Source: Bigelowiella natans CCMP2755 (Eukaryota; Protista; Cercozoa). Taken from it: a stretch of 64,000 bases of DNA. The stretch spans positions 62,001 to 126,000 of the forward strand of contig ADNK01000825.1 in assembly GCA_000320545.1 (NCBI GenBank), in the 5' to 3' direction. Under the pieces are notes generated by a model. That model had not been told where the DNA came from and made no database searches. It saw only the letters and a list, made by a program, of their open reading frames with translations. Shown one piece after another: positions 26,262 through 37,906 of this stretch. A program made the position numbers and the translations under genes. The first letter of the stretch is position 1, and the number at the start of each line of letters is the position of its first letter.

Positions 26262-29200
26262 GTGCAGTTTAATTTTCACGACGCTATAGTAGATATGAAT
26301 GTACGATAAACCAACATCCGCCATTCCTCTGCTTATTTCGAGAGCAGGCATGGATGATGCATCTCCCACAACCAAAAATGGGAATTAAAGACTGCAACGT
26401 TACAGCACTTTGTTTCTTGCCTAACTACTACAGCAACAACTACTACTACAACTACTATGCTACTGCTGCTGCTACATACAATAATCAGCACCTTTGTTTC
26501 TTTCTCTTTTATCATCAAGGTATAGCCGATGTAACTTTGAGGAACTGCGTTTGAAAGATTACCGCAACGTAATCTAATACACGCTGACGAGATATTAAAA
26601 ACAGAAGGGAGGGGTTAGATGGGGGTGGGAGGTGGGGGGGGTAAATGAATGTGAGCTGTAGTAATGTATTTGTCATAGCGAGAGCATCGATGATTCTGCT
26701 TGGGATGCAACATTCATTTTTTGTGCTACGAGACCCTTTCATATTCTCCGAAGCAGAAAAATATGTTTTTTGGGAATTGTACACGTATCTGCAATTATGC
26801 GAGGAGAAAGCTCGAAGAATCTTGTTTATGATAGCATGCGTTGCGCTACGAATAACATTCTAGGGGCAAAAAGGAGGGGCTAACCATGGGGGCGGTCTTG
26901 GTGGCGGCAGTGCCTTCGGCTCGAAGTCGAAAGGTGAATGATGCATTTTGGAAAAGGGAGGGGGGGGGGAGCTGCTGGGAATGTTCATTCAATCCATCTG
27001 CATATAGTAAAACGCTATTTCTTAATATCCACTTAATCAGGCTTTGGCAGCAGCTCTGGTAGCAGTTGCGGCAGCGGTGGAGGTCTACGAATCGAGATGG
27101 AACTTGTACCGATCTGCGACAAGAACGTGAAACGGTCATCGTCTCAGGTGTCTAGTAGCAAAGGCTTTCTTTGGCTTGGGCCAGGTGGAGGTGCTGATGA
27201 TGACGAACGAATCCTAGATTTACAAGCCGATGGCACCATCAACATCCATAACAAGGGCAAACGAGGAGGAGGAGGAGGAACACCGAAGGCACCGGAGAAA
27301 AAAGAAAAGAAGAAGGGAGAAGAGGAATCAATGCCGTTATCATTCGCAGAAGGAACATCGTCACAAAAGACGAAAAAGGACAACAACAACAACAACAGCA
27401 ACAAAGCTGGGGGATTATTATTTAGTGGGTGTACGCTTAGGCTGCAGGGCCCTTCTTCTTCTTCTTCTTCTTCTTCTTCTTCTTCTTCTTCTTCATCACT
27501 GACATCTCCTCAATCACCATCATCTTCGGATAGCAATGAGAAGTTGCTAAAACAGAAAGGTGGTCATCACGAAGATGCTACTGCTGCTCCTGCTCCTGCT
27601 GCATTAACTACTACTTCTAACGAGGAGAATGATGCCAAGATCCCACCAGCTGCCGCTGTCAGCACCAACGAGAGCAAGTGGGGATTCTTTTCCGGATCAA
27701 CTGATGGCGGGGACACTTCGTCCCCCTCGGCCGTTACTTCCGGTACCCTTCCCGTTGAAACAGTAGTTTCTAGTAATAGTTGCAGTAGGTGATTATCGCG
27801 TGTGGAGGGAGATGATTGATGACCCTTACTCATATATACTGCAACAACCTTACTAGCCTGCTAGAATGTTGTGCCTAGAATATTGCCACCTGACTGTGTG
27901 TATCCTTATTTTCTCCTGTAAAAAGACGTGGCCACTTCCTATCCGGAACGAGCAAAGACCGAAGACTACAAAGAAGGGGTTCTGTTCTCCTTTGAAGATG
28001 AGCTCCAGCATTCGAGATTGGATCCTGTGACCCTCCAGCAGACGCCATCTGGCAAGGACAGTGATAATGGTGATGGGGGGGATACTGCTAGCGGCGGTGC
28101 TTATCACCCGCCTACTCATCGCGTGATAATTCTCCTATGTGCCACCTCTGATCGAGTTGCTGTCCAAGTCAACGACAAAGTGAGAGGGTTCTCTCGGTCA
28201 TCGTTGGGCGATATTCTCAACGAGGAGAAGAAGGGGAGGGGGGTATGGAATAACGGCACCGCCAATACTCTTCGGGTGGGTGGGTTCGGTGTGCTCATCC
28301 ACTCGTTAACGCTCAGTACATTCGACGAGGATATCAGCCACGTGGTCCAACAGAATATTGCAAACGTGAAAGGCGAGAGGGGAACGGTAGCAGCAAACCC
28401 TACGCCGTCTAAACATACTTTTGGAAATATGCAGCAGCCGGGGTCGGGGGGGAGATGGGTTAGGGCTAGTGGGGGTCAAGACAGTTCTAACTCCCAATCT
28501 TTCGGTGATCCTATCGCTGCAAAGAACGACGCTGTCGATCAAAGAGCGGATGATTTTCGCATCTCGGGAAGAGACTCGTCGCAAAGCTCCAGCCCTAACA
28601 GCCCTGCTTCGCCCTCCTCCCCTTTCTCCGCACAAACCCTATCATCCCCAACACGCCAAACATTTGGCAATTTCAGTAGCGCCACCAATATCGAGGAGCG
28701 GAAGCAGCAGCAGCGGCGGCGAGAACGAAGGCGCAGCGTAGTGCGACCTGCAAGCTCCAGGCCAAAGTCGTCGCAGTGCTCCCCGAAACCGCCGCAACCG
28801 CTTTCCAGAGTCCTGACAACTCTACAGGTAGAAGATGAGGAGAAGCTGCAGCAGCAGCACAGTGCCGTATACAGCGACAAAACTCATGGTGGTGGTAGTG
28901 GTGGTAGTGGTGGTAGTGGTGGTAGTGGCAGCGGTTTTGTGCTGCAGGCCTTTGAATCTATCTGGTTGGCCGCTGCCGCTGGTAGTGGCGATGGTGGGGA
29001 AATTTCCTCCTCCCCCCTGTCTTCTATTTCCCTTCCGCGCCTGCAGGGGGCTAGAGGAGGGGATGCTCCGTGCCTACAAGAAGACGTACATTCCTCAGCA
29101 CCAAAGTCGGAGGAGAAAGCGCAGCGATTGCAGGCAGAGACCAAGGTAAAGCTGCTAAGAGCATGGAGCGGGCTACCATTGTCGTGGTGTGCTTTCGCAC

Positions 29201-29804
29201 TGCACATGAGCCAGGGAGACTTGGCATCCGCATCGTCGTGGTTGTTGCTTCCCGCGACCACTCTGTTGGCAAAGCGCCTGGACCTTGCCGCCAACCTACA
29301 CAGAAAGTATGCGGCTGCTGCGGGATACTCAGTAATGAGATGTTTCGAAGCTGTCTTGAGCTGCCATCCCATTCTCCCCGCTTCATCATCGTCACCATCA
29401 CATGCAACAGCAACTCGAGACGATTCCTGCTATCATGAGGACGACGATGTCGACGTCATGGCCTGCCTTCGGTGGTTATTGCAGCGGGGAGTCGACGCCG
29501 ATACCGACACCAGCAACAATGGAGAAGGAGGCGGGAAACCAGCTGGTGCGGAGGGATGTGTGGAGGACGATCACGTAGAAACGAAGACGAAGGATGACGG
29601 AAAGATGGGTAGTAGTAATTGTTAGTTATACCTCAATACCTAAATATATATATATATATATATATGTATTTGTATGATTTACTTCAAGAGCCGCATGTAT
29701 ATGAGCCAGCCAATGATTCTCTTGCTGCCTTCTTCCAGTGTAATCATAGAATTATCATTATCACTGCATCTATAATCATCACTTTCATCTACCTCCCATT
29801 GTGC

Positions 29805-29875
<71 letters not shown>

Positions 29876-30869
29876 GTCTCCCTCCTCTATTTTGCTTCTA
29901 TGCCCTCGATAATGCTACGAATGCGCAACCAACCCGCAGGATTCCTGGATGTTTCCAACACGCCAGTACCAAGTTTTGGGGGTCTTTCGTGGTCGTCGTC
30001 GTCGTCGTCGTCATTTTCAGCCGCACAGGGGCTTCCCTCCTGGGCGACCTTAGCGGGTATATTCACTTTCAACGACAGCAAAGCACAACCACCTAGAGGC
30101 AATGGAAGCAGCAATTTCAACTTTAGATCTGGTTGGGGAGCTAGTAGAAGTAGTAGTGGAGGTAGCGGTGGCAGTGGTAAGAGCAATAATTCGTCGTCAT
30201 CATCATTATTATCCTCATCATCGTTGCACGGTCACTATCTGCTGCCAAAGCTGCTGGAGGCGCGGTCATCATCAGCGCTCTGCCACCTAGACGAGCATGA
30301 TGCGGGCACTGATGGCAAACGGGGAGAGGAGAAAGGCTGCTGCAGCCTCCTCCCCCTCATGAATGTGCTCTATCTTGACCGGCTGGACGAGTGCCTGGCG
30401 AAGTTGCAGGGAACCGATATTAGCAAGCTCGTCGCCGCATTGGAAAAACTGTGCTTCTGGCTCACAGTCATCAGATGCCGTCAAATTGCTCTGAGTCTCT
30501 TGGTAAGGAAGGCAGCAACGATTACAACATCCCCTCCACAACTCGACGAAGGCGATACTCCCTCCGCCTCTGCGAGTCGCTATTCTCCTCCGCGCAGGTC
30601 GCACCGTGATGCACGTAAAAGAAGAGATCAAGGGGGTGATGATGATCATGATGATGGCACGCCAACGGTGAAGGAACTGAAGGAAGTGAAGGAGGAAAGC
30701 ACCAGAAAGAACCAAAAACGGGAGTTGCAGCAGCTCCTGCGGATCCGGCAGGATGTGCGCGCGGTTAGAATTTTGGCAGAATTCTTCCTTGAAGCCCCAG
30801 TGCCGGCCACGCCGTCATTGTCAACATTCTACAGCGAAAACTTCTTGCCTGAAGGTAGTAGAAGTTGCG

Positions 30870-30900
<31 letters not shown>

Positions 30901-31650
30901 CATGGTAGTGAGTCTCTCTCTCTCTTTTGAACGTCGGTGCCGCTGTTTAATTGCGCGACTGCTCATTTGTGTTAGGGAGGGGTAGCAGTGATGCCTCATG
31001 CATGCATGTTCAAATCTAGCAAACACTCTCTTCCCGGTGGGGGAGTGAATCAACACAAAAACAAAGTCGAAAGTCACCTTCTTGTCGCATGATGGCAGAC
31101 TCACCCGCCCATCGCCCATCTGGGTCACTTCAATTCTTCTGCGCTTAGATTGTGTTGGCTCCCCCCCCCCCCCCCTCCCTCCATCTCCTCTCTCATCCAT
31201 ATATCGTGCTCAGGTTTACTGCTATATCGTGGATCCTGGTCTCCACCTGCTATGGACGAAGCCGGGAGGCTCAGTGTCTTGCATATCGTTCTTGGCCTGA
31301 TCACTCGTTTCCTGACCGCCTACACCGAACATAGGGAAGCGGGGAATGAGGGCGGGCAGGATGGACGCAACAACTACAACGAGGATGATCTCGAAGACAA
31401 AGCAGCAGCTACACTTGCTGCCAAGGGATATAGGGCCCAAACCATTAAGACACTTACTGATACAGCTATGATTTTAATGCTTTCGCTTCTTCCCTGCCAG
31501 CTTAAGATCGCTGCAGCTGCTTGTGGTGGTGACGGTGGCGGCAGTGACGTGCTTCAGCCGATCTGGGCACAGCTCTCACACACCGCGGAAAACCTGGGTT
31601 TGTGCGCCTTCGATCTGTTGGAGAACGCTCATATGGCAACGACGAGGATG

Positions 31651-31685
<35 letters not shown>

Positions 31686-34050
31686 CAGTGATCTTGATGA
31701 TAGTGGTAGGTTGTTTTTCCCTGCCTTCCTGAGCTCGGCGTGGTCCCGAGTCCTCGTCCAAGTGCTCCGAGCTTACAAGAAGAGCAAGAAAACAGGCAAA
31801 TCAAATATTTATAGTTGTGGTTTTGGCTCGCCTAAAGAGAAAGACGGCGATTACTTCCAAAATATCGACAAACGGAACTTGCTTCTATGCAAAGCACTAG
31901 CGCTCCGGCTGGCACGCATCGCTCACATTCGATCGGTGCGCTTCTCCCGCAAAACCCTTAGCGATATCCGCGAGATTGTGGAGCGGATGAAGACGCGCTC
32001 GGCTGTTGTCTATGCATGCGTCGAAATATTGGCTGCCCGTCATCTCTACGGCAATAATAGCGGCAATGGGGGATCTAGTAGCAGCAGTAGCAGCAGTGTA
32101 TTGCCGCCCTCTCCATCTAGCATATCCCCCCCCGCTTATATCGTGCGGGTCGCCAAGTTCATACGAATAGGCAAGATTCTCCTGAACACCCGGATGGCAA
32201 GTAAGCTGAGGAATCTCCCCGAAGAATATGCCACAGCTTCCGCTCCTAAGCACAATGATCACAAGAATAATAGTTCCTCTACACTCCCTGGCTCCGGTTT
32301 CAGCGGTCTCAGCGGTTTCGGCACCGGTTTCGCCTCGACGTCGACGATTCCTAGCAGCGGGGGCAGCGGAAATGCGAAGGAGAAAAAGAAGCAACAGGAT
32401 AGTGCTGGGGCAGCGCTACGGACCTATAGCTTTGAAGATGATTTGCAGCTAATAAAGCGTAGCGGTCATAATGCGACATCTTCATTGGACATGAAGAGAC
32501 TGAAGCAACTGCAGCACTGCGCTAGTATTCTTCAGGAAATTTGGCCGCTGATCAATACCACGCTCCCAAGGTGTGCTCTACTATTAGTGCTATTAGTAGA
32601 AGTAGAGTAGCAGTAGCAGTAGTAGTAGTAGTAGTAGTAGTAACAGCAGTTTTGCGTTTTTCATCATGTATTATCGTAGCTGGATAGCGATGGCAGAAGC
32701 TAGAGCATCTATGCAGCACTAACGTGAACAAATTTAGTGAATATAGGAACTCCTGCGCGCGGGCACAAGAAAATATACATTATCTTCATGATCACCGTTT
32801 CTCCTTCTTCTTCTTCTTCTTCTTCTTCTTCTTCTTCTTCACGATGCAGGGGTGCGTCGATTCTGAGCGACATGGCACGTGATCTTCGTTGGTTGATTCC
32901 CTTCGCCACTCGCACCCAGTACTGGAAACCGCAAAATGAGGTGTCGCGCGCCATGCTCGAGATTCTGCTGGATCGTGGCAAAGCAAGGAAATGGATGGCA
33001 GAAACAACATCGCAACATAACTCATCCTCCTCATCCCCCTCCTTCCCCTCTAGCGATTCACAGTCGCATGCACAATCATCACCATCATCATCTTCTTCTT
33101 CTTCATCATCACGCATGTCCTTGCGGTCCTCCGATTCTCTGTTCGAGCAGCTCTATCGTAAGATCATGCACTGGTAGTCGCCTCTCCTCCTCCAAACTAC
33201 TTACAGTACAGTATTAAGTAGCAGCAGCAGCAGCAGCAGCAGCAGCGGGGGTGGTAGATGAGATGGTAGAATCAGTGAGATTGGCAGGCCGAACGGTGTC
33301 AAATTTTGATGTTTATTCTGGCAACCTATTCTCGTCTCGCAGTGTCTTGCTGCAAGTTTATTTAGTTGTTTGCTGCCCCACCACAGGCCGGCTCGATCTT
33401 ACCGTGTGAGCAGGCACGTCCGGATATTTAAAGTGAATCTTAGCTTCCACCAATCTCCCCCCCCCCCCCCCTTTTTTCCACCTCTTCTTCTTGCTTCTCC
33501 TCATACCTCCTACGTTGCAATATTTTAATGGACCGTCTAGTATCATACTTAAATTTCATCCTCACTCCCTCCCCCCCCCCTCCTCAGGTAAGATTTGTGG
33601 GAGAAGGCGGTATAGATAGTGGAGGGCTGTATAGAGAATGCTTCTCGGAGATATGCAAGGAGCTCATGAACCCCGCGCTGGGGATCCTTATCCCTTGTCC
33701 TAACTCGAAGGTAGTAGTAGTAGTAGTATTAGTAACAAAACACACATCAGGCACATATGCTACTACAACTACCACTACTACTAAGACTATCACTCTTTCC
33801 AACCCAACTATTGTTATATCGATGTGGTATCTTTGTCAATGTGGTGGTCTCTCAAATCCCCCCTCCTCCTTTCGACCTCTTCCTCTTATCTCCCGTGCAG
33901 AATGACGCAGGGCGGAACCGCGATACTTTCGTACCCGCGCCTTCAAAAGCGATGCAGAAGTTCCGGTTTCTGGGCCGTCTGATGGGGCTTGCTCTGCGTA
34001 GCGGCGAGTTGCTGTCCTTGCGAATGGCTCCTGCGGTATTATCATTATTA

Positions 34051-34090
<40 letters not shown>

Positions 34091-34642
34091 GACGGGGCAC
34101 CACACCGCTGCCACCACAACAAGTCACCACCGCCGCGAGTGAGGAGAAGAAGCATCTTTACTTTAGCTGGCTGCCCTGCCGAAATTTATACACTGTCGTG
34201 TAAGCGCATATGGTGGTGATTGTGAGGCTTCAATGTCGTATGGATTTCATCTGAGGCAGTCTTCATCCTCTCTCTCCCCTCCTCTTATCCCCATCCTCAC
34301 CATCATCACCATCATCATCACCATCGTCATCATCATCATCATTATCTCTGCCATGATCCAGGTGTGGAAAGAGCTCACGTTGCAAGCCGTCACTAAGGAG
34401 GACATGAGGGGCGTTGACGTGCTGTCATTTGGCATGATAGATGGCATGCGGAACACGAAGTCGAAGGAGATGTTTGACCATACATTTGATGACGAGGTGT
34501 TCGCTGGGTTGCGGACGGACAGCAAACGCTGCCCACTGGTGCCGCACGGAACAAGAATCCCGGTCACTTTCTCGAGGCGACTCACGTATGCTTCATATCT
34601 CTACGCTTTCCGGAAGCATGAGTTTACCGCACAGGTGTGTTT

Positions 34643-34696
<54 letters not shown>

Positions 34697-35616
34697 TGTG
34701 CGCGCGCGCGTAAGGAGGGGGGGAGGGGAGGAGGCGTGTTCGAACAGTGCAGCAGATAGATAGCCAAGGATAGTGAAATAATGACGATGCATGATGATAT
34801 CGGTGTCTATACTATCCAGATTTCTGCGATGAGAATGGGCCTTGCAGAGGTTGTCCCTAAGACTGCTCTTGTCCTATTCGATGGGGCGGAATTGCAGGTG
34901 GGGTCTCCAGTATGCAGTGATAAAAAAAGAAGAAGAAGAGGGGGACTCGCTAGGGAGGAAGAAGAAGGGGAATACAATACTAAGGCTGTGAAGATGTTTT
35001 CAATAGGATACCGCACCATCCGATGCAACACTCTGCACTGTTTATTGATTCTTCCCCACTTCCAAAAATTTCAAAATATATATATTTGTATACGTAATAG
35101 ATGTGAGCAATAATAATTTGCTGACGGGTTTGAATTTTTGTTATCCTTGGCCATATCCTTGGACAACAAATGTCATCGCCGTTTTTGGTTGGGAATGATA
35201 TTTTATAAAATAATTTTCTCCCAAATTTTCTGTCTTTCTTATGCACATTCATAGAAAGCTGTGTGCGGAGAGACTATCATCGACTTGGAGGTCTTAAAAC
35301 GCCACACAACGTACGAAGGCTACTCAGGCCTTGAGCCTGTCGTCCAGTTCTTCTGGCAGGTGAGATGTGAATGGGGAACATGATAATGGGTTTGATAATA
35401 CCGATGAGCGGAAATCATTGAAGCATGCCGTAGCCTGGTGATGGTTTATTGATATGGTTCTCTGCCTTGTTTACTCATGTGCGGCTTTACATTCAACAAG
35501 GCCTTGAGGAGATTTGACAACGATCTGCGCGTCAAGTTCTTGCAGTTTGTATGGGGAAGGTCCCGACTTCCGCAAAACGAATCCATGTGGGAAACTAGCA
35601 TGAGGGTACTTTGGTC

Positions 35617-35685
<69 letters not shown>

Positions 35686-35940
35686 GTTATTGTTGCAGTG
35701 GTGATAACGCAGCGCCAATCATCTCACATGTCCCCGTGCTACGTGGTCTCCCTCTTACTCGATTCTCGATTATCATCGTAGGTTCATTCTTGCGGCGGGG
35801 CACGTAATCCGGACGCGCGCCTTCCCCTCTCTCACACTTGTTTCTTCCAAATAGATTTACCCAGGTACACAAATGCCGAAGCCTGTTACAACAAACTCAA
35901 GATAGCCGTGGAAGAAACTGGAACGTTCGAAATGGGCTAA
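8565..35940 (+). CDS. Giant multi-exon HECT E3 ubiquitin ligase (large HERC/HECTD-like HECT) with RRM-like, CCCH, LamG/ConA-like, FG-repeat, GLEBS and UBA-like modules
   Basis: The C-terminal HECT is clear: RIFK|VRFVGEGGIDSGGLYRECFSEICKEL...FRFLGRLMGLALR...VVQFFWQ|AL...FLQFVWGRSRLP...LPLSHTCFFQIDLPRY...GTFEMG* (stop 35938-35940). Long same-strand exons run continuously from ~9.5 kb. Junctions were checked in frame from ~17 kb to the HECT domain. The start at ATG 8565 and the junctions between 9 and 17 kb are less certain. Confidence 0.85.
10088..10283 (+). other. RRM-like segment within the HECT ligase
   Basis: VIELQLTQLAATSEEIKLALSFYGEVVCVK...MWTVKFCSPESAAMAAREI resembles the RRM pattern EExLxxxFxxYGxV...VxFxxxExAxxA. 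Confidence 0.45.
19979..20912 (+). repeat. Three near-identical AT-rich introns (20043-20219, 20451-20626, 20693-20869) with repeated GGFGSSSSNS exon ends
   Basis: Each intron starts GTAACTCTGCACTTACA and ends GTTATTCAAAGATATTCAAGTCTTGAACATAAATTCCTCTTGATTGCAG. Lengths are 177, 176 and 177 nt; all are phase 1. Confidence 0.95.
20258..20317 (+). other. CCCH zinc finger (C-x8-C-x5-C-x3-H) in symmetric exon 20220-20450
   Basis: CLFFKNTGTCRYGVNCHFSH, flanked by GGFGSSS repeats. Confidence 0.9.
24724..25862 (+). repeat. Coding 57-bp minisatellite exon encoding FG repeats (GGGGNTGGGSSSGGFGSGF)n
   Basis: Unit ggcggtggtggaaacaccggcggtggctctagctccggcggttttggctctggcttc; 12 GGAAACACC cores counted, plus shortened and variant units. 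Acceptor TAG at 24721-24723, donor GT at 25863; the frame is open throughout. Confidence 0.9.
26112..26933 (+). other. GLEBS-like (Rae1/Gle2-binding) motif on micro-exons 26112-26179, 26520-26568 and 26864-26933
   Basis: Spliced translation ...ELHQSITKMHQYSRCNFEELRLKDYRNGQKGG matches the Nup98/Nup116 GLEBS pattern (H/F)QxI(S/T)xMxxYxxxSxEELRxxDYxxxxKG. All junctions are GT-AG and phase-compatible. Confidence 0.85.
29140..29482 (+). other. One or two UBA-like three-helix motifs in the HECT ligase
   Basis: KVKLLRAWSGLPLSWCAFALHMSQGDLASASSWLL, and a weaker AGYSVMRCFEAV...DVMACLRWLL. Confidence 0.55.
33387..35940 (+). other. HECT catalytic domain exons; catalytic Cys codon at 35839-35841
   Basis: The last exon, 35782-35940, translates VHSCGGARNPDARLPLSHTCFFQIDLPRYTNAEACYNKLKIAVEETGTFEMG*, matching the LPxSHTCF HECT motif. 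Confidence 0.95.
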
Positions 35941-36876
35941 CGTGTTAGATCGATCTAACTTGTTTTTGCATGTTATTGATACGATTATACGATATCCTGG
36001 CATCAGGCTATAAACACATCATCATGCTTTAAGTATGACGCCATACCTGCTAAAATAGCAGAATGTGCTCAATCTATCGCAGATAACAAGAATACACATG
36101 ACAAAACAGCATTGCGTGTAAATGTTAGTCTACTAGCTGCGCAACGTGGTCTTATTGCATGAATTATATAGAGCGCGTGTTGAGGGGCTCTGTATGGCGG
36201 TAAAACGCTGCCATCATCAAGTTTATACATCACTTACGATACACTGTGCATTTAAACAATAACATTAACATGTACATCTCTAAGGTCTTGCACGGTCAGA
36301 TGGTGTGCGCGCATACCTACGTACACTTATATGTGCACGTGCATAGTTGAACACATCATTGGCATACGCTAGCTAGTACGCCATATGATGGGAAATAGCC
36401 ATGTAGACGATACACGCAAGAAAGCGGTAGCTAGCGCCATGTGATACACATGCATATATGCTAGAAGAGCATTAGATAATACTAAGCGAATAATAATGAA
36501 GATGTTCCTAACACAGCATCTATAGTTATTCACATATCCATGCACACACACACTATAACATACATGCATGCATGCATGCATATGCACTCCAAATCACCAA
36601 CAACTGTGCTCATTGCACGTGGACAGATGAAAGTCTGACTTATTATGTACGTTGAATTGATGATTCATATTACAAACAAAAGCCAATTGATAGGAGATGC
36701 TTATCACCAATTCATTGCTAGCTGGGAAGATAAGAAGTGCTTGTTACATTACTCGCTGCTGGGTTCCTAAAAACAAATATTTCAAATAGCACTTCAGTAC
36801 TTTGGTTCAAAAACCTGTCTAGATCTATCTGTTCATTTGTGGCAAAAATTGTTTCAGTGGGATATGTATAGGCCGC

Positions 36877-37126
36877 TCACTCTTTCTTTTTCTTGGCCAT
36901 CTCCTCTCGAAGCCTCTGCTGCATCATCAGCTGTTGCGTGGCTTTCAGTGACAGATCCATTCTTGCTTCACATTGTGCGGCCAGTTTGACATTTTGAAGT
37001 GTTGGAATAGTTTCCCGTGCCGTGTTGATGTAATTCTGCACGAATATCTTGCTGAGATTCTGGATATGCCAGAAACGAGCGCGACACTCCTATTTAATAG
37101 AATATCAAATTTGTAAGAATTCCTGC

Positions 37127-37169
<43 letters not shown>

Positions 37170-37875
37170 ATAAAATCAAGGTTCCGAGCTCCAGCCCAAT
37201 CGACTACTACCTCTGGAGTGTGGTGCACAATGTTTGAAATATAACTCCAGTTCTCCGTGCCGTATCTCAGAACGTAGCTCAAGACAACCTAAACATCGTC
37301 AACGTCGTCGTCATCGTTGTCATCGTAACATCAGAGTAGATGGTAGATTGGCATTAGAATGGATCAATAACAGAAGTGCTACCACCTACTACCACAATTT
37401 TCTCGATCTCTCTCTCTCTCTCTCTTTAACTTTCACACGCACACACACACACACACGCACTTCATACTTACCAATGTTTGCTCCAAAGTCCAGCCTTCTA
37501 TTGCGAAATATTTCTCGTAATGGCCTCGGTCAAAGGAAGACATTCCAAGCAACGCATAGTTCCACTGATGATGAGATCATCGATAATGGCACAACAAGAA
37601 TATGACCAAAAGAGAAGAAAAAGACAGCTGGTTAGTGCGAGGAGGTTTGGATTTTTTTGATGCAAGAATGGCCATCCATAAGCAATCAAATGAGTCGCCA
37701 GCACCATAGGCTGAATCGTCTTTCAAATATCACAGCGGCACATACATGCCTCCACACACGACATCATCATACTACTACTTTTCAAAATGGATACAAGTAT
37801 GAAAGCTACTACTACCTCAATAACAACAGCAACAACAAACACAAGTTCAGCTACTACTACTGCTGCTGCTGCTAC

Positions 37876-37906
<31 letters not shown>

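Noticed and set aside
24724-27090. Stand-alone Nup98 gene
   Set aside because: No start codon, stop codon, autoprotease domain or Nup96 region was found, and both ends splice in frame into ligase exons. Transcript data are needed to exclude it fully.
37498-37710. Apparent extra exon (PMVLATHLIAYGWPF...) in the zf-CW gene
   Set aside because: It has no phase-compatible donor; direct splicing from ...NGP to WNYALL keeps the frame without it.
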